From: a virus
Strand: one strand, 5' to 3'
Length of the DNA stretch: 64,000 bases
Virus record (IMG/VR): IMGVR_UViG_3300028920_000027
Coordinates: 1 to 64,000 of that record
In this document: in pieces, positions 17,837 to 26,507 of the stretch
How positions within the stretch are numbered: the first letter of the stretch is position 1
How the letters are laid out: each line of letters opens with the position of its first letter
Notes under the pieces: model-generated
Told to the model about the DNA's origin: nothing
The model's input: the letters and a program-made list of their open reading frames with translations, nothing else
Databases searched by the model: none
Program-made: the position numbers and the translations under genes

Positions 17837-20253
17837 ACTTTCCAGGGGTCTACCTCGGAGGCGGTCTTGGGCCGCGCTGCTTCCATCGCCGTGGGAAGCG
17901 CCTTGAGCTTCTGGATCATCTTGCCCTTGTCGGGGGTACCATACTTACGAATCCGCCTCGCAGCGGGCCCGCTGAAGGCTTCCAGGACCCAACGCCCACG
18001 CTCGAAGCCCAAGCTCACGTTGGCGTAGTAACTGTTCTGGAGAATGCCGTTGACCCACTCTTCTTGAGGGTCGAGTCCCAAGGTCATCATGAGTGATGCG
18101 TTGTGAGCCCCGCCGATGTTGCTGATGCGAACCTGCTTGTAGGGAACGGGAAGAGCCTCGGCGACGCGCCGGAAGTCCTCCAGGTGGCCCTTCAGCTGCT
18201 CAGCCCACTCCTTCTTGTCCTCGGGAACTTGGGTGATATCGGTCACCGCAACCCTGGTACCCCCTGTCTTCCGCTTAAAGAGCGTCCCCGCATTCTCTAA
18301 ATGGAACCCCTCGGGCCGCTCGTGTTCCTTGAGAGTCTCCCGAATCTTCTTGGCATCAGGGACGACAGACTTGCCCCGCACCTTGACGTAGCCCTTGCGA
18401 ACGAGACTCTTGATGACCTCGTTGTCGGGCCCGTACTCACCGAGCTTGTTCTCGTCGAAGTACTCCTTCCGGTAGCCGGCCTTGTAGTGTACCAAGTGGT
18501 GCATCGCGACCAGCTCTTTTGGGGAAAGGTCGCTCGACGCGGTCACCTTCCAACGGTCAACTTCGACAGTGGCTTCCTTGCCCGTGCCTGGCCAAGGGTC
18601 AGCGCCGCCCCAGCCGTTGTTGTCGCCCCGACCGTAGTCCTTGGACTCCACCATCCTGACCGGGCGAATCCGCTTACCGTCGATCATGGTCGGTCCGTAG
18701 AGCTTCCACATCCGCACCGAGTCAGCGCCCTCAACTACGGGCCCGCCCCGCTTGTCGAGGATGGCGGCCTGGAAACTGGGGCCTGCTGCCGAACGATGGG
18801 GTCCTAGGGAGTACTCATCCGTCAGAACGATGGTCTTGGGGGCGCTCATCAACTCCCGACTGACGAACTGAAGGACCCCCCGACGGTCCATCGTCTGGGG
18901 GTCATCATAGCCCCGCTCGACCGTCAAGTTGTTACCCTCCCCTCGAATGCGAATCGAGTCATCAGATGCCTTCTTGATGTTCGAGCCATCCTCGTCGACA
19001 TGAGAATCCCACTTCTTCTTGTCCTCAGGACTCATGTTCTGCGTGGGATCGGCGGGCTTGCCCTTCTCGAACTTCCCTTCCTTCCCGTCCGCCGATACGG
19101 TGGTGGCCTCTCTACCGAGGTAGAGGCCCACGGGGTCGCTGACCTCAGATGCCTTGATGTTCGAGCCATCCTCGTCGACATGAGAATCCCACTTCTTCTT
19201 GTCCTCAGGACTCATGTTCTGCGTGGGATCGGCGGGCTTGCCCTTCTCGAACTTCCCTTCCTTCTCCTCGGCTGAGGCCGAGTGGTTGTAGAACGCCTCA
19301 TCAGCGATGGTCGCTTCATAGTCGCGCCACTCCTGCTCTGCCTTGGCGCCTACCAAGAAGGTCTTGTCGTTGGGGAAGTACAGTACGCGGTCGCCCTTCT
19401 TAAAGGGTGTGCCGTCACGAGCCGTACCAGGGTAGCGCGCCTTGATCCACACAGGGTCATGTCCCCGTCGGGCACCCTGCTTGTCTTCGGACGCCATCCG
19501 CAAACCGAGAAGGGTCTTGACCTTCCGTGCCTGGTGCCGGAGTGCCTTGAGTCCTGACTCGATAAAAGCTGGCACCTCCTGCCCCATCATCGCTTCGGCA
19601 TCAACCTCTAGCTCATCAAGCGCTCGTTGAACCGCGCGCTCGTTAGGAAGGTTTGCCGCCATGATGTAGTCCCCCACCACGGTGCGCAAGAAACTGGCAA
19701 GCTTCACACTGCTCATGGTGCCCGACGCCGCTTGCTCCAGGGTTTCAGCCGCGGACTCGAAAAGGTCAGCCGCGGACTCCCTCGAGCGTGCTGTCTTCCG
19801 GCCGTTCTCCAGCTCTCTGATCAGGGCTACCAGGTCACGAATGGGGACCTCGTCTTTCCGGGTCTTGGCGGCGAGTTCACGAAGGGTCTTAGCTGTGGTT
19901 CTGGGGGTCATTGGCACTCCTCGACGCCGCACATGGCGCAACCGATTCTCTTCCAACACACGCTCCAGTTCCAAAACCTCGTTCTGGGGGAGGTCTTGCT
20001 TCAGCTCCTCGTAGTCAATGCGGTCAGCGGCCAAAGCCACCGCACTCAATGATTGCTGAAGACTGGCGAGACACTCAGGAGCTTGGTCGATGAGATGCCC
20101 AGCGACCTCAAAGAAGTGGTCACGGTGGCTCGACTTCTCAATAAGCTGTAGACCATCTGTCACGCAACGGGTGAGCCGGGCAAGGTACAACCGTGCGTTG
20201 CCCAGTTCTTCCTGAAGGTAGACGGTAACTCCCGATGCTGTCTTCTGTCCCAT
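17833..20253 (-). CDS. Modular putative head/internal protein (possible polyprotein)
   Basis: 806 aa of unrelated short modules separated by KTAS/KKAS/KEAT/RMAS-type motifs; contains an exact internal duplication. Confidence 0.75.
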   Translation of the reverse strand: MGQKTASGVTVYLQEELGNARLYLARLTRCVTDGLQLIEKSSHRDHFFEVAGHLIDQAPECLASLQQSLSAVALAADRIDYEELKQDLPQNEVLELERVLEENRLRHVRRRGVPMTPRTTAKTLRELAAKTRKDEVPIRDLVALIRELENGRKTARSRESAADLFESAAETLEQAASGTMSSVKLASFLRTVVGDYIMAANLPNERAVQRALDELEVDAEAMMGQEVPAFIESGLKALRHQARKVKTLLGLRMASEDKQGARRGHDPVWIKARYPGTARDGTPFKKGDRVLYFPNDKTFLVGAKAEQEWRDYEATIADEAFYNHSASAEEKEGKFEKGKPADPTQNMSPEDKKKWDSHVDEDGSNIKASEVSDPVGLYLGREATTVSADGKEGKFEKGKPADPTQNMSPEDKKKWDSHVDEDGSNIKKASDDSIRIRGEGNNLTVERGYDDPQTMDRRGVLQFVSRELMSAPKTIVLTDEYSLGPHRSAAGPSFQAAILDKRGGPVVEGADSVRMWKLYGPTMIDGKRIRPVRMVESKDYGRGDNNGWGGADPWPGTGKEATVEVDRWKVTASSDLSPKELVAMHHLVHYKAGYRKEYFDENKLGEYGPDNEVIKSLVRKGYVKVRGKSVVPDAKKIRETLKEHERPEGFHLENAGTLFKRKTGGTRVAVTDITQVPEDKKEWAEQLKGHLEDFRRVAEALPVPYKQVRISNIGGAHNASLMMTLGLDPQEEWVNGILQNSYYANVSLGFERGRWVLEAFSGPAARRIRKYGTPDKGKMIQKLKALPTAMEAARPKTASEVDPWKV
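18973..19264. repeat. Exact 112-bp direct repeat, period 180
   Basis: 18973-19084 is identical to 19153-19264; encodes EGKFEKGKPADPTQNMSPEDKKKWDSHVDEDGSNIK. Confidence 0.95.
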
Positions 20254-20282
20254 GGTGGAGCGCCTTGCTCCAAAGGCGCCCC

Positions 20283-20291
20283 ACCAAAGGA
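20283..20291 (-). promoter_or_regulatory. Variant late-motif candidate TCCTTTGGT
   Basis: Intergenic, 29 nt upstream of ATG 20253; two mismatches to TCCTTTTAT. Confidence 0.3.
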
Positions 20292-20301
20292 TTAGGGAAC
20301 C

Positions 20302-21381
20302 TCAGCTGAAGACTTCTGGGAACTCTTCAATCAGGCGCTGGCGAACCTCAGGGTCTGTATCGGCCGCCGCAACCGCTCGAATGACGTCGGGCCGGTCGTC
20401 ATAGTCGGCTTGAAGGCGTGCGATCTTTTTCCGGGTCGAAGCGCTGAAGTCGTAGTTGTCAGGGAAATCGGGGCACACCGACTTCGCAATCTGCCGAGCT
20501 ACACCATCACCGCCGTTCGAGCGAGCGGGGACAGGAGCCGGGGGTTGGACAAGCTGGACACCCTTCTGGGGCCCATTGGTGGTCCCGAATCGAATCCCCT
20601 CTGCCTCGATGACTTCCTGTCGTGCCGGACGCTGATCGCCGCCGCCAAGGTCCGCCACCTCGGTGCCACCGCCGGTCATGACCGCCGCCGTGATGCCCTC
20701 CGACGTGCTCGCCTGAGTCGGTTGCACTCGCCGCACCTCCACGGGCTCATCGTCCACGTACTGAGCCCGCCTGGAAGCAATCTTTGCTTCGTACTGAGCC
20801 CGGTCAGAGGGGCTCATGCGTTCGAGCATCTCCTCCCGACTCATGCCCTGACCGGGCTCGATGCTGACAGCGCTGGCCTCCGTAATGGCCTGGTGGGCGC
20901 TCGTCGACGTGAGTGTTGTACGCCTGTGCTTGGCTCCCTCCCCCGCCGCTGTCTTGAGCGTGCGAACCGGAACCCCGTCCTGCTCTTCGACCACGACCGA
21001 AGGGTGGCGGGGGTCTCGTCGGTAGTTGGTGGCGTTGCGCTGGGCCGTATGTGTTGAGTGCGCTCCCACACTGGCGACTTCACGCTCTTCAGCTTCGACC
21101 GCTTGGGTATCGATTGGCTGTCTTGGCTTCGGCTGCATGGGGTTGCCGCCATCAGCCGGACGAATCTGCATCCCCGCGACGGCAGGTAGCTCCTCGACGG
21201 TCGTACCTGAGAGAGCAACCCATCCTACATTGACGGTGCCCCGGAACTGGGGAAACGTGATGGCCTGTCCCTGGTAGATGACATCTGTACCGTTGAACTG
21301 GAGGCTCTCCCCCTTGACGATCTGAAGTCCACTCTTCCCGAGCGTGAAGGTGCGTTGCGCAACGTACGTTTGCGTGCTCAT
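20302..21381 (-). CDS. Hypothetical head-module protein
   Basis: Start MSTQTY at 21381 (AGGAG RBS), 359 aa. The ORF-track extension to 21483 overlaps regulatory DNA. Confidence 0.75.
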   Translation of the reverse strand: MSTQTYVAQRTFTLGKSGLQIVKGESLQFNGTDVIYQGQAITFPQFRGTVNVGWVALSGTTVEELPAVAGMQIRPADGGNPMQPKPRQPIDTQAVEAEEREVASVGAHSTHTAQRNATNYRRDPRHPSVVVEEQDGVPVRTLKTAAGEGAKHRRTTLTSTSAHQAITEASAVSIEPGQGMSREEMLERMSPSDRAQYEAKIASRRAQYVDDEPVEVRRVQPTQASTSEGITAAVMTGGGTEVADLGGGDQRPARQEVIEAEGIRFGTTNGPQKGVQLVQPPAPVPARSNGGDGVARQIAKSVCPDFPDNYDFSASTRKKIARLQADYDDRPDVIRAVAAADTDPEVRQRLIEEFPEVFS

Positions 21382-21427
21382 TCTCATCTCCTGGGGGCAG
21401 GGAAAAAGCCCCCACTCATACAAATAG

Positions 21428-21436
21428 ATAAATAGA
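21428..21436 (-). promoter_or_regulatory. Candidate late-promoter motif TCTATTTAT
   Basis: In an AT-rich divergent intergenic region, 46 nt upstream of ATG 21381. Confidence 0.55.
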
Positions 21437-21440
21437 TTAG

Positions 21441-21458
21441 CACCGGGCCGGCCCGGTG
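21441..21458. promoter_or_regulatory. Perfect 18-bp palindrome (operator or hairpin candidate)
   Basis: CACCGGGCCGGCCCGGTG lies between divergent promoter motifs. Confidence 0.45.
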
Positions 21459-21464
21459 TATGAT
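21455..21464 (+). promoter_or_regulatory. Candidate GGTGTAnnnT (-10-like) promoter, leaderless
   Basis: GGTGTATGAT ends 6 nt before ATG 21471; no RBS. Confidence 0.6.
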
Positions 21465-21470
21465 TGCTGC

Positions 21471-22145
21471 ATGGCAGAACCAACCGACACCGAACTCGAC
21501 GAACCCACTGAAGAGGTAGTCCTGGAAGAACTTCTTGCTTCAGGCCGGTTTCCCAAGGGAGCTACCCGGCCACCGCCACGGCCACCTCTCCCTGAGGTTG
21601 AGCCCTTGATCAAGTGCCTCAGTGACGCCATCCAAGTTTGGATCTTGGGAGTCGAAGAAGCAGCTCTGGCCGATGTCTCGGTCAACATCAAGACACCTAC
21701 CTGGGGCAGCGATATCGATATCGTGAACGACGGTTGGATCGTCGAAGTCAGAGGGCAAGGTCACGGAAACATCGAAGACGGAGAATCAACCCTTGTCTTC
21801 CAACACACTTGGAACGGCATCGGAGATGGCCTTCAACCTGCCCTGGAAGCCGTGCACCAAGACTTCACCCGGTACATCAACGGCCATCACAACAAGATCG
21901 AACAACAACTTGAATCCTACGAACAGGTGCGCACGTTCCTCGACATAGGTACCGGACTCGAAGGCATCTGGGATGCCCCCGAAGATCGCCCGCCCGAGGA
22001 CATCGAAGACATTTCACCTCTGGAAGATCGCCCGCCCGAGGACATCGAAGACATTCCACCTCTGGAAGATCGCCCAGTGACACAGTCCATTCAGGGCAAC
22101 GGCAACGTCCAGGCAGGGGGCATCGAAGACGACCCTAGGACCTAA
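21471..22145 (+). CDS. Acidic orphan protein, the only clear plus-strand gene
   Basis: 224 aa; fills a gap with no long minus-strand ORF; converges on ung with overlapping stops; 14-aa tandem repeat. Confidence 0.75.
   Translation: MAEPTDTELDEPTEEVVLEELLASGRFPKGATRPPPRPPLPEVEPLIKCLSDAIQVWILGVEEAALADVSVNIKTPTWGSDIDIVNDGWIVEVRGQGHGNIEDGESTLVFQHTWNGIGDGLQPALEAVHQDFTRYINGHHNKIEQQLESYEQVRTFLDIGTGLEGIWDAPEDRPPEDIEDISPLEDRPPEDIEDIPPLEDRPVTQSIQGNGNVQAGGIEDDPRT
21981..22075. repeat. 42-bp tandem repeat x2.3 (EDRPPEDIEDISPL)
   Basis: Near-identical units at 21981 and 22023, partial unit at 22065. Confidence 0.9.
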
Positions 22146-22804
22146 AGACGCCAATCAATAGGGGCCCGTCCGACGTCTTCCAGTGCGCGGTTGGCGTGCG
22201 AGAACGGGCGGGACCCAAAAAAGCCATTGTGGGCTGACAAGGGTGAGGGGTGGGCAGACTCGATGACGTAGTGCTTCTTCTGGTCGATCAACTGCTTCTT
22301 CCCACGGGCAAAGGCTCCCCAAAGAATGAAGACGATTCGCTCAGTGTTCTGATCCGAAAGGGTTGCAATGACTTGGTCCGTGAAAGTCTCCCACCCTAGG
22401 TCACAATGGGAGCCTGTCTCGCCCGCGCGCACGGTCAGGATGGAGTTGAGGAGCAAGACGCCACGCTCGGCCCAAGGCATGAGATAGCCCACCTTGGGCC
22501 GAGGACACTTCAAGTCCTCAGCCAGCTCCTTGAAGATGTTGCCCAGCGACTTGGGAAGGGGTTGCACGTCGGGAAGAACGCTGAAGCACAGGCCGTGGGC
22601 ATGTCCAGGGGTGGGGTAGGGATCCTGCCCCAGGATGACCACACGTACGTCCTCGAAGGGAGTGGCGTCGAAAGCCGCAAATACCTGTCCGCGCGGAGGT
22701 AGTACACGGTGCTTGATGCGCTCGTCCTTCACCTGCTCGAGCAGGGTCTTGAAGTAGGGTTCCTCCAGCTCGGTCGCAAGGTGTTCAGTCCAAGACGGGT
22801 GCAT
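22142..22804 (-). CDS. ung: Uracil-DNA glycosylase, family 1
   Basis: VILGQDPY, HGLCFSV, GVLLLNSILTV and HPSPLSA motifs. Confidence 0.97.
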   Translation of the reverse strand: MHPSWTEHLATELEEPYFKTLLEQVKDERIKHRVLPPRGQVFAAFDATPFEDVRVVILGQDPYPTPGHAHGLCFSVLPDVQPLPKSLGNIFKELAEDLKCPRPKVGYLMPWAERGVLLLNSILTVRAGETGSHCDLGWETFTDQVIATLSDQNTERIVFILWGAFARGKKQLIDQKKHYVIESAHPSPLSAHNGFFGSRPFSHANRALEDVGRAPIDWRL

Positions 22805-22809
22805 ATACC

Positions 22810-22819
22810 ACTCTACACC
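22810..22819 (-). promoter_or_regulatory. Candidate GGTGTAnnnT promoter, leaderless
   Basis: GGTGTAGAGT ends 5 nt before the ung ATG. Confidence 0.6.
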
Positions 22820-24720
22820 AAAGGCTTCCGAAAGACGTCCAAAGGCTCGGTGCTCGAGGTCTTCCCCAAGTAGCCCAAACGCAAGGAGTGTCTTGCCAAT
22901 GGTCTGAAGCCCAGAAGGTCAGCCAATCGACGAACCTCTGTCAAAATGGGGTACTCCTGGCGACCTTGATGCAAGTCTTTGGTGTTGATGGCAAAAACCC
23001 CACCAGACTCGAGAAGATCCCATGACCTTGTGACCAAAGGCTCGAGGAAGCCCTCCACCCATCGCTGCCAAGTCGGATATTGTACCCAGCTTTGGGCCGT
23101 ATCGTCAGAATAGCGCTCGGTGGAGAAGTAGGGCGGGCTCGTGAACACCAGGTCAGGCTTAGCTTGGATGTTGGCTTGCTCAAAAGGGCTCGAGATGAGC
23201 TGCAAAGGCCCCGTGAAAGCCTGAAGTTGCTGATAGGCAGTAGGGGCAAGGGGGTGGGGCTCCACGCCCAGATAGCGTCTGCCAGCAGCTCGAACACCAG
23301 CAGCACGGCCCCCGTACCCAGCACAAGGGTCAACGACCAGACCGCCAGGAGGGCAGTAGGAAGAAGCCACCGCCTTGGCCACCAAAGGTCTGAAATTGGT
23401 GGGAGTGCGTAGAATGGCTCGCAAGGCGCGGTGAACGTTCATCGGGTAGACAGGGTCACCTACCCGGCGCTGAAAGTGGATTGCCTTACCCACCCAAATA
23501 GGGTCAAACCAAGCATCTCTCAACGAGGGGAGATCCCGATAACGGGCTTCATAGCGATAAGGGAAACAGTGCGCGCACAGACGTAGACCTGTGCCGCCTA
23601 ACCGAATCTCCTCTGCCAACGACACCTCCCGTTGCAGAAGCCTACCCCAGTCTCGCTGGGCCTCTTCTACCGACGGAGGTGGGGGGTGTGGTAACCCGAC
23701 GAGAAGGCCCACCAAGTCATCATCTGCAAGCGTCGCCCTTTGCAGCATCTCCCGCACTCCCTCGAAGGTAGGGGCCGGCGTGGTTACCAAACGAGGGCGC
23801 CCAGATCGCGGTCGATCAATGCCAAACCTATCCATCGCACGTTGGACAGCCCCCTCGGAGACCGTCATTGCCTTTGCGATACGAGTGGCCCCCCAACCCT
23901 GACTGGCAAATGACCGCAACAGTGGCTCCGTCAGTCGGTCCCTTGGCGCGGCACCACGCTTTCGAACTCGCAGGTCCACCTTGTAGGCCATGCACTCTGG
24001 AACATGAGGAGTCACTAGGTCCAAGAAGCGAGACAGTGTGGTACGGTCGTGAATCCAAATTGAGGGGTCCGATCCATCTCGATTCTCGTAGTACCTAGGG
24101 TTCAACCCAAGTCTCTCCAGAAGCTGCATACAGCGATCCTGATCCACCTTGCTAGGGCTCACCGAGAGGCGGATGTAACCGTTCCAAGTCTTGCTCCCAT
24201 CATCTAAGTACCAAATCGCCAGAGCCAGCGCCGTAAGTCGCCGTGGGAACTGCTCGAACGTCTTGTTTCCCGAACCCTGAGGGTAAAACCTTTCCCAGTA
24301 CGGGCGAAAGGTTTTGCACCCATGAAGCCTGAGCTTCTTTCCCGGGTAAGTCTTCCCCTCAACAACCTTGTCTGAAGGCCTGATCGACTTGACGTAGGGG
24401 CCCCATTCACCGGCCTTCCATCGCAAGTAGGGTTCCTGACTCAAGGAATGGTGCTCGCTGAACGCGGCGGTATTGGGGCCCGTCTGAAACAAGCGACCGT
24501 CCCCCAGCATCGACCCTACCAGCAAAGACCTCTGCCTCGGGGTCAAAGGTGGCAAATTCAAGCGAGCCGTCTTGGTGATGGTGGGAATCCCGTACTTTCG
24601 GCGAAGACGGTTGACCTGTACCTGATAGGTGTCAAACCGCCGGGCAATCTCAGCCTCAGGTAGCCGCTCCTCCAAATACAGGCGCCGCAGTACCGGCTCT
24701 GTCAAACCTTCCACTGGCAT
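22813..24720 (-). CDS. HTH + LAGLIDADG endonuclease + HTH + amino-DNA methyltransferase fusion
   Basis: LVGSMLGDG and LAIWYLDDG (LAGLIDADG_2 type); VVDPCAGYGG (motif I) followed by VFTSPPY (motif IV); no intein splice residues. Confidence 0.85.
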   Translation of the reverse strand: MPVEGLTEPVLRRLYLEERLPEAEIARRFDTYQVQVNRLRRKYGIPTITKTARLNLPPLTPRQRSLLVGSMLGDGRLFQTGPNTAAFSEHHSLSQEPYLRWKAGEWGPYVKSIRPSDKVVEGKTYPGKKLRLHGCKTFRPYWERFYPQGSGNKTFEQFPRRLTALALAIWYLDDGSKTWNGYIRLSVSPSKVDQDRCMQLLERLGLNPRYYENRDGSDPSIWIHDRTTLSRFLDLVTPHVPECMAYKVDLRVRKRGAAPRDRLTEPLLRSFASQGWGATRIAKAMTVSEGAVQRAMDRFGIDRPRSGRPRLVTTPAPTFEGVREMLQRATLADDDLVGLLVGLPHPPPPSVEEAQRDWGRLLQREVSLAEEIRLGGTGLRLCAHCFPYRYEARYRDLPSLRDAWFDPIWVGKAIHFQRRVGDPVYPMNVHRALRAILRTPTNFRPLVAKAVASSYCPPGGLVVDPCAGYGGRAAGVRAAGRRYLGVEPHPLAPTAYQQLQAFTGPLQLISSPFEQANIQAKPDLVFTSPPYFSTERYSDDTAQSWVQYPTWQRWVEGFLEPLVTRSWDLLESGGVFAINTKDLHQGRQEYPILTEVRRLADLLGFRPLARHSLRLGYLGKTSSTEPLDVFRKPLV

Positions 24721-24736
24721 GTGCTGTTAGCGCAGT

Positions 24737-24746
24737 AGTATACACC
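24737..24746 (-). promoter_or_regulatory. Candidate GGTGTAnnnT promoter
   Basis: GGTGTATACT ends 16 nt upstream of ATG 24720. Confidence 0.55.
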
Positions 24747-24810
24747 AGAACCAGTCGAGGGGTTCCCAGAACTTCCCGATCCAGATCTTCTTCAAGCGCC
24801 GGGAAACGCA

Positions 24811-24845
24811 CGAAACCCCTGCTGGACGAACCAACAGGGGTTTCG
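24811..24845 (-). terminator. Terminator-like hairpin after the major capsid gene
   Basis: CGAAACCCCTG-13 nt-CAGGGGTTTCG, a perfect 11-bp stem. Confidence 0.7.
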
Positions 24846-24880
24846 AGGACTTAGCGGAAAACCGCTATAGTTTTGGCAGC

Positions 24881-25759
24881 TTAGAAGCGCTGCACAACGA
24901 GGCGCGTCTCCCCCTTCGGGTTGAACGCGCCGATGCCGACGTTCTGGAAACACGAGAACCCAATGGTGCGGGCCTTCGGGTCGTCAGCCGACAGCACGGT
25001 GAGTTCCGTGCGAACTGGGAAACGTCCGAAATTCTCGGGCTCGGTGCAGAGGTACACAAAGCCGGCTGGAACCAGACGGCTGGTGATGATCTGCGCTCCC
25101 CAAAGCTGTGCCTGAAGACCAGTCTTGAGCAGCGTCGCTTGGGACTCGATGTCCAGGATGTCGCGACCGAACTTGCGAATGTCCGCGTAGTCCACGCTGT
25201 TCATGAAGATGCGAGCGACACGCAGGTCGTGACGCTCGATCTCCGCGAACGCATCCGCCAGTACCGAGGGGCTGATGGGCGCCACCACGTTGATGTCTGG
25301 GTTCGTCTGCCCGGGGATCGTGTCGAAGCCCGACACCGCGATGGAGTCGAGAACCGCGAAAACACGCTCGTCTTCCGCCGCCTGGATCTGTGCCTTCGCC
25401 AGGTCCTGAGCGCGTTCGATCAAGTCGAATCGACGCTCCTTGATCTGGGTGAGCGGGATCTCCGGATTCGAGGCGATCTCGAACAGCGGGAAGATGACGC
25501 GCCGAGGCTTCTGGATGGCGAGGATGTTCTCGCCTTCCTCACCCACGACAAATGCCGTGACCTCGGGATCCTTGTCGTAGATCGGAAGGGCGCCATCAGG
25601 AAGCTGCTCGACCAAGAAGGTCTTGCGGCCGACAGCTGTATAGTCCCTGCGGAGGCGCAAGGGTTGGATCATGGAAGCCGCGAGCTTGGCGCGACCGGCA
25701 GCCGTACGGATGTACTGGCTGATGACCTGTTGTTTCTGAGCGTTGCTGACCTGGTTCAT
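24881..25759 (-). CDS. Major capsid protein (HK97 fold)
   Basis: 292 aa, last gene of the protease-scaffold-decoration run. E-loop-like LPDGALPIYDKD, backbone helix LIERAQDLAKAQIQAAEDERVF, A-domain LWGAQIITSRLVPAG. Strong AAGGA RBS. Confidence 0.88.
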   Translation of the reverse strand: MNQVSNAQKQQVISQYIRTAAGRAKLAASMIQPLRLRRDYTAVGRKTFLVEQLPDGALPIYDKDPEVTAFVVGEEGENILAIQKPRRVIFPLFEIASNPEIPLTQIKERRFDLIERAQDLAKAQIQAAEDERVFAVLDSIAVSGFDTIPGQTNPDINVVAPISPSVLADAFAEIERHDLRVARIFMNSVDYADIRKFGRDILDIESQATLLKTGLQAQLWGAQIITSRLVPAGFVYLCTEPENFGRFPVRTELTVLSADDPKARTIGFSCFQNVGIGAFNPKGETRLVVQRF

Positions 25760-25778
25760 GGTGTTCCTTTCAGTGCCC

Positions 25779-26408
25779 TCAGATGCGCAGGTCGAAGACC
25801 AACAGGGAGTTGTCAGCGTCGGGTGATACCTTGACCATACCCATGACAGTGACGCCGGTAGCGACGCCAGCCGAGCTACCGCCCGTCTGGTATTCGTAGG
25901 CGTCCTCGACGCGGTTGGTCAGCAGGCCATTGACGCTCGCGTAGAGTCTGTCGCCCGCTGTGTAGGTCAGAGCAGTGTTACCGCCGACCTGTCGCTGGGT
26001 CTCCCAGATGGTGACACCAAGGGTGCCCTGACCGGAGAGGTAAGGACCACGCCCCGACGCGACGCCGGGCGTGTTTTCGAACGGGTTGCCCAATGCATCG
26101 TTGATGAAGATGCCGAGCGGATTGATGTACGACACGTAGGCTGCACCCACCTGCACCGGACCACCAATGTAGCCGTTGCCAATGTCGGGGCGCGTGAACG
26201 CGACGGTAGCACCGAGGACACCCTTCTTAGTGATGCCACTCAGTGTGCTGCTGACATTTGCGGCCGTGGTGACGATCGGGGGTGTGTCCTGGGTAAATGC
26301 GTCCGCCGTCAAGATGCCAAGTGCATTCCGCACACCGACATGGAAGATCTGAACGCGACCTGAGGTCTCCCGAAAATCACCCGAGCCTTGACCGAGAGCT
26401 AGAGGCAT
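25779..26408 (-). CDS. Head decoration/cement protein
   Basis: 209 aa directly upstream of MCP; YTAGDRLYASVNGLLT is typical of beta-tulip decoration proteins. Confidence 0.75.
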   Translation of the reverse strand: MPLALGQGSGDFRETSGRVQIFHVGVRNALGILTADAFTQDTPPIVTTAANVSSTLSGITKKGVLGATVAFTRPDIGNGYIGGPVQVGAAYVSYINPLGIFINDALGNPFENTPGVASGRGPYLSGQGTLGVTIWETQRQVGGNTALTYTAGDRLYASVNGLLTNRVEDAYEYQTGGSSAGVATGVTVMGMVKVSPDADNSLLVFDLRI

Positions 26409-26507
26409 TGTACTCCTAGATTCTTAAAATTGGACTGGGGTGGATCTACATCTACATCTAGGGGCGGTCCGGGGACCTTTTTGGCCGAAGCCGTGAGGGA
26501 CGACCTT

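Noticed and set aside
22813-23900. Intein within the methyltransferase gene
   Set aside because: The LAGLIDADG domain lacks an N-terminal Cys/Ser block A and a His-Asn terminus, so it is treated as a fusion.
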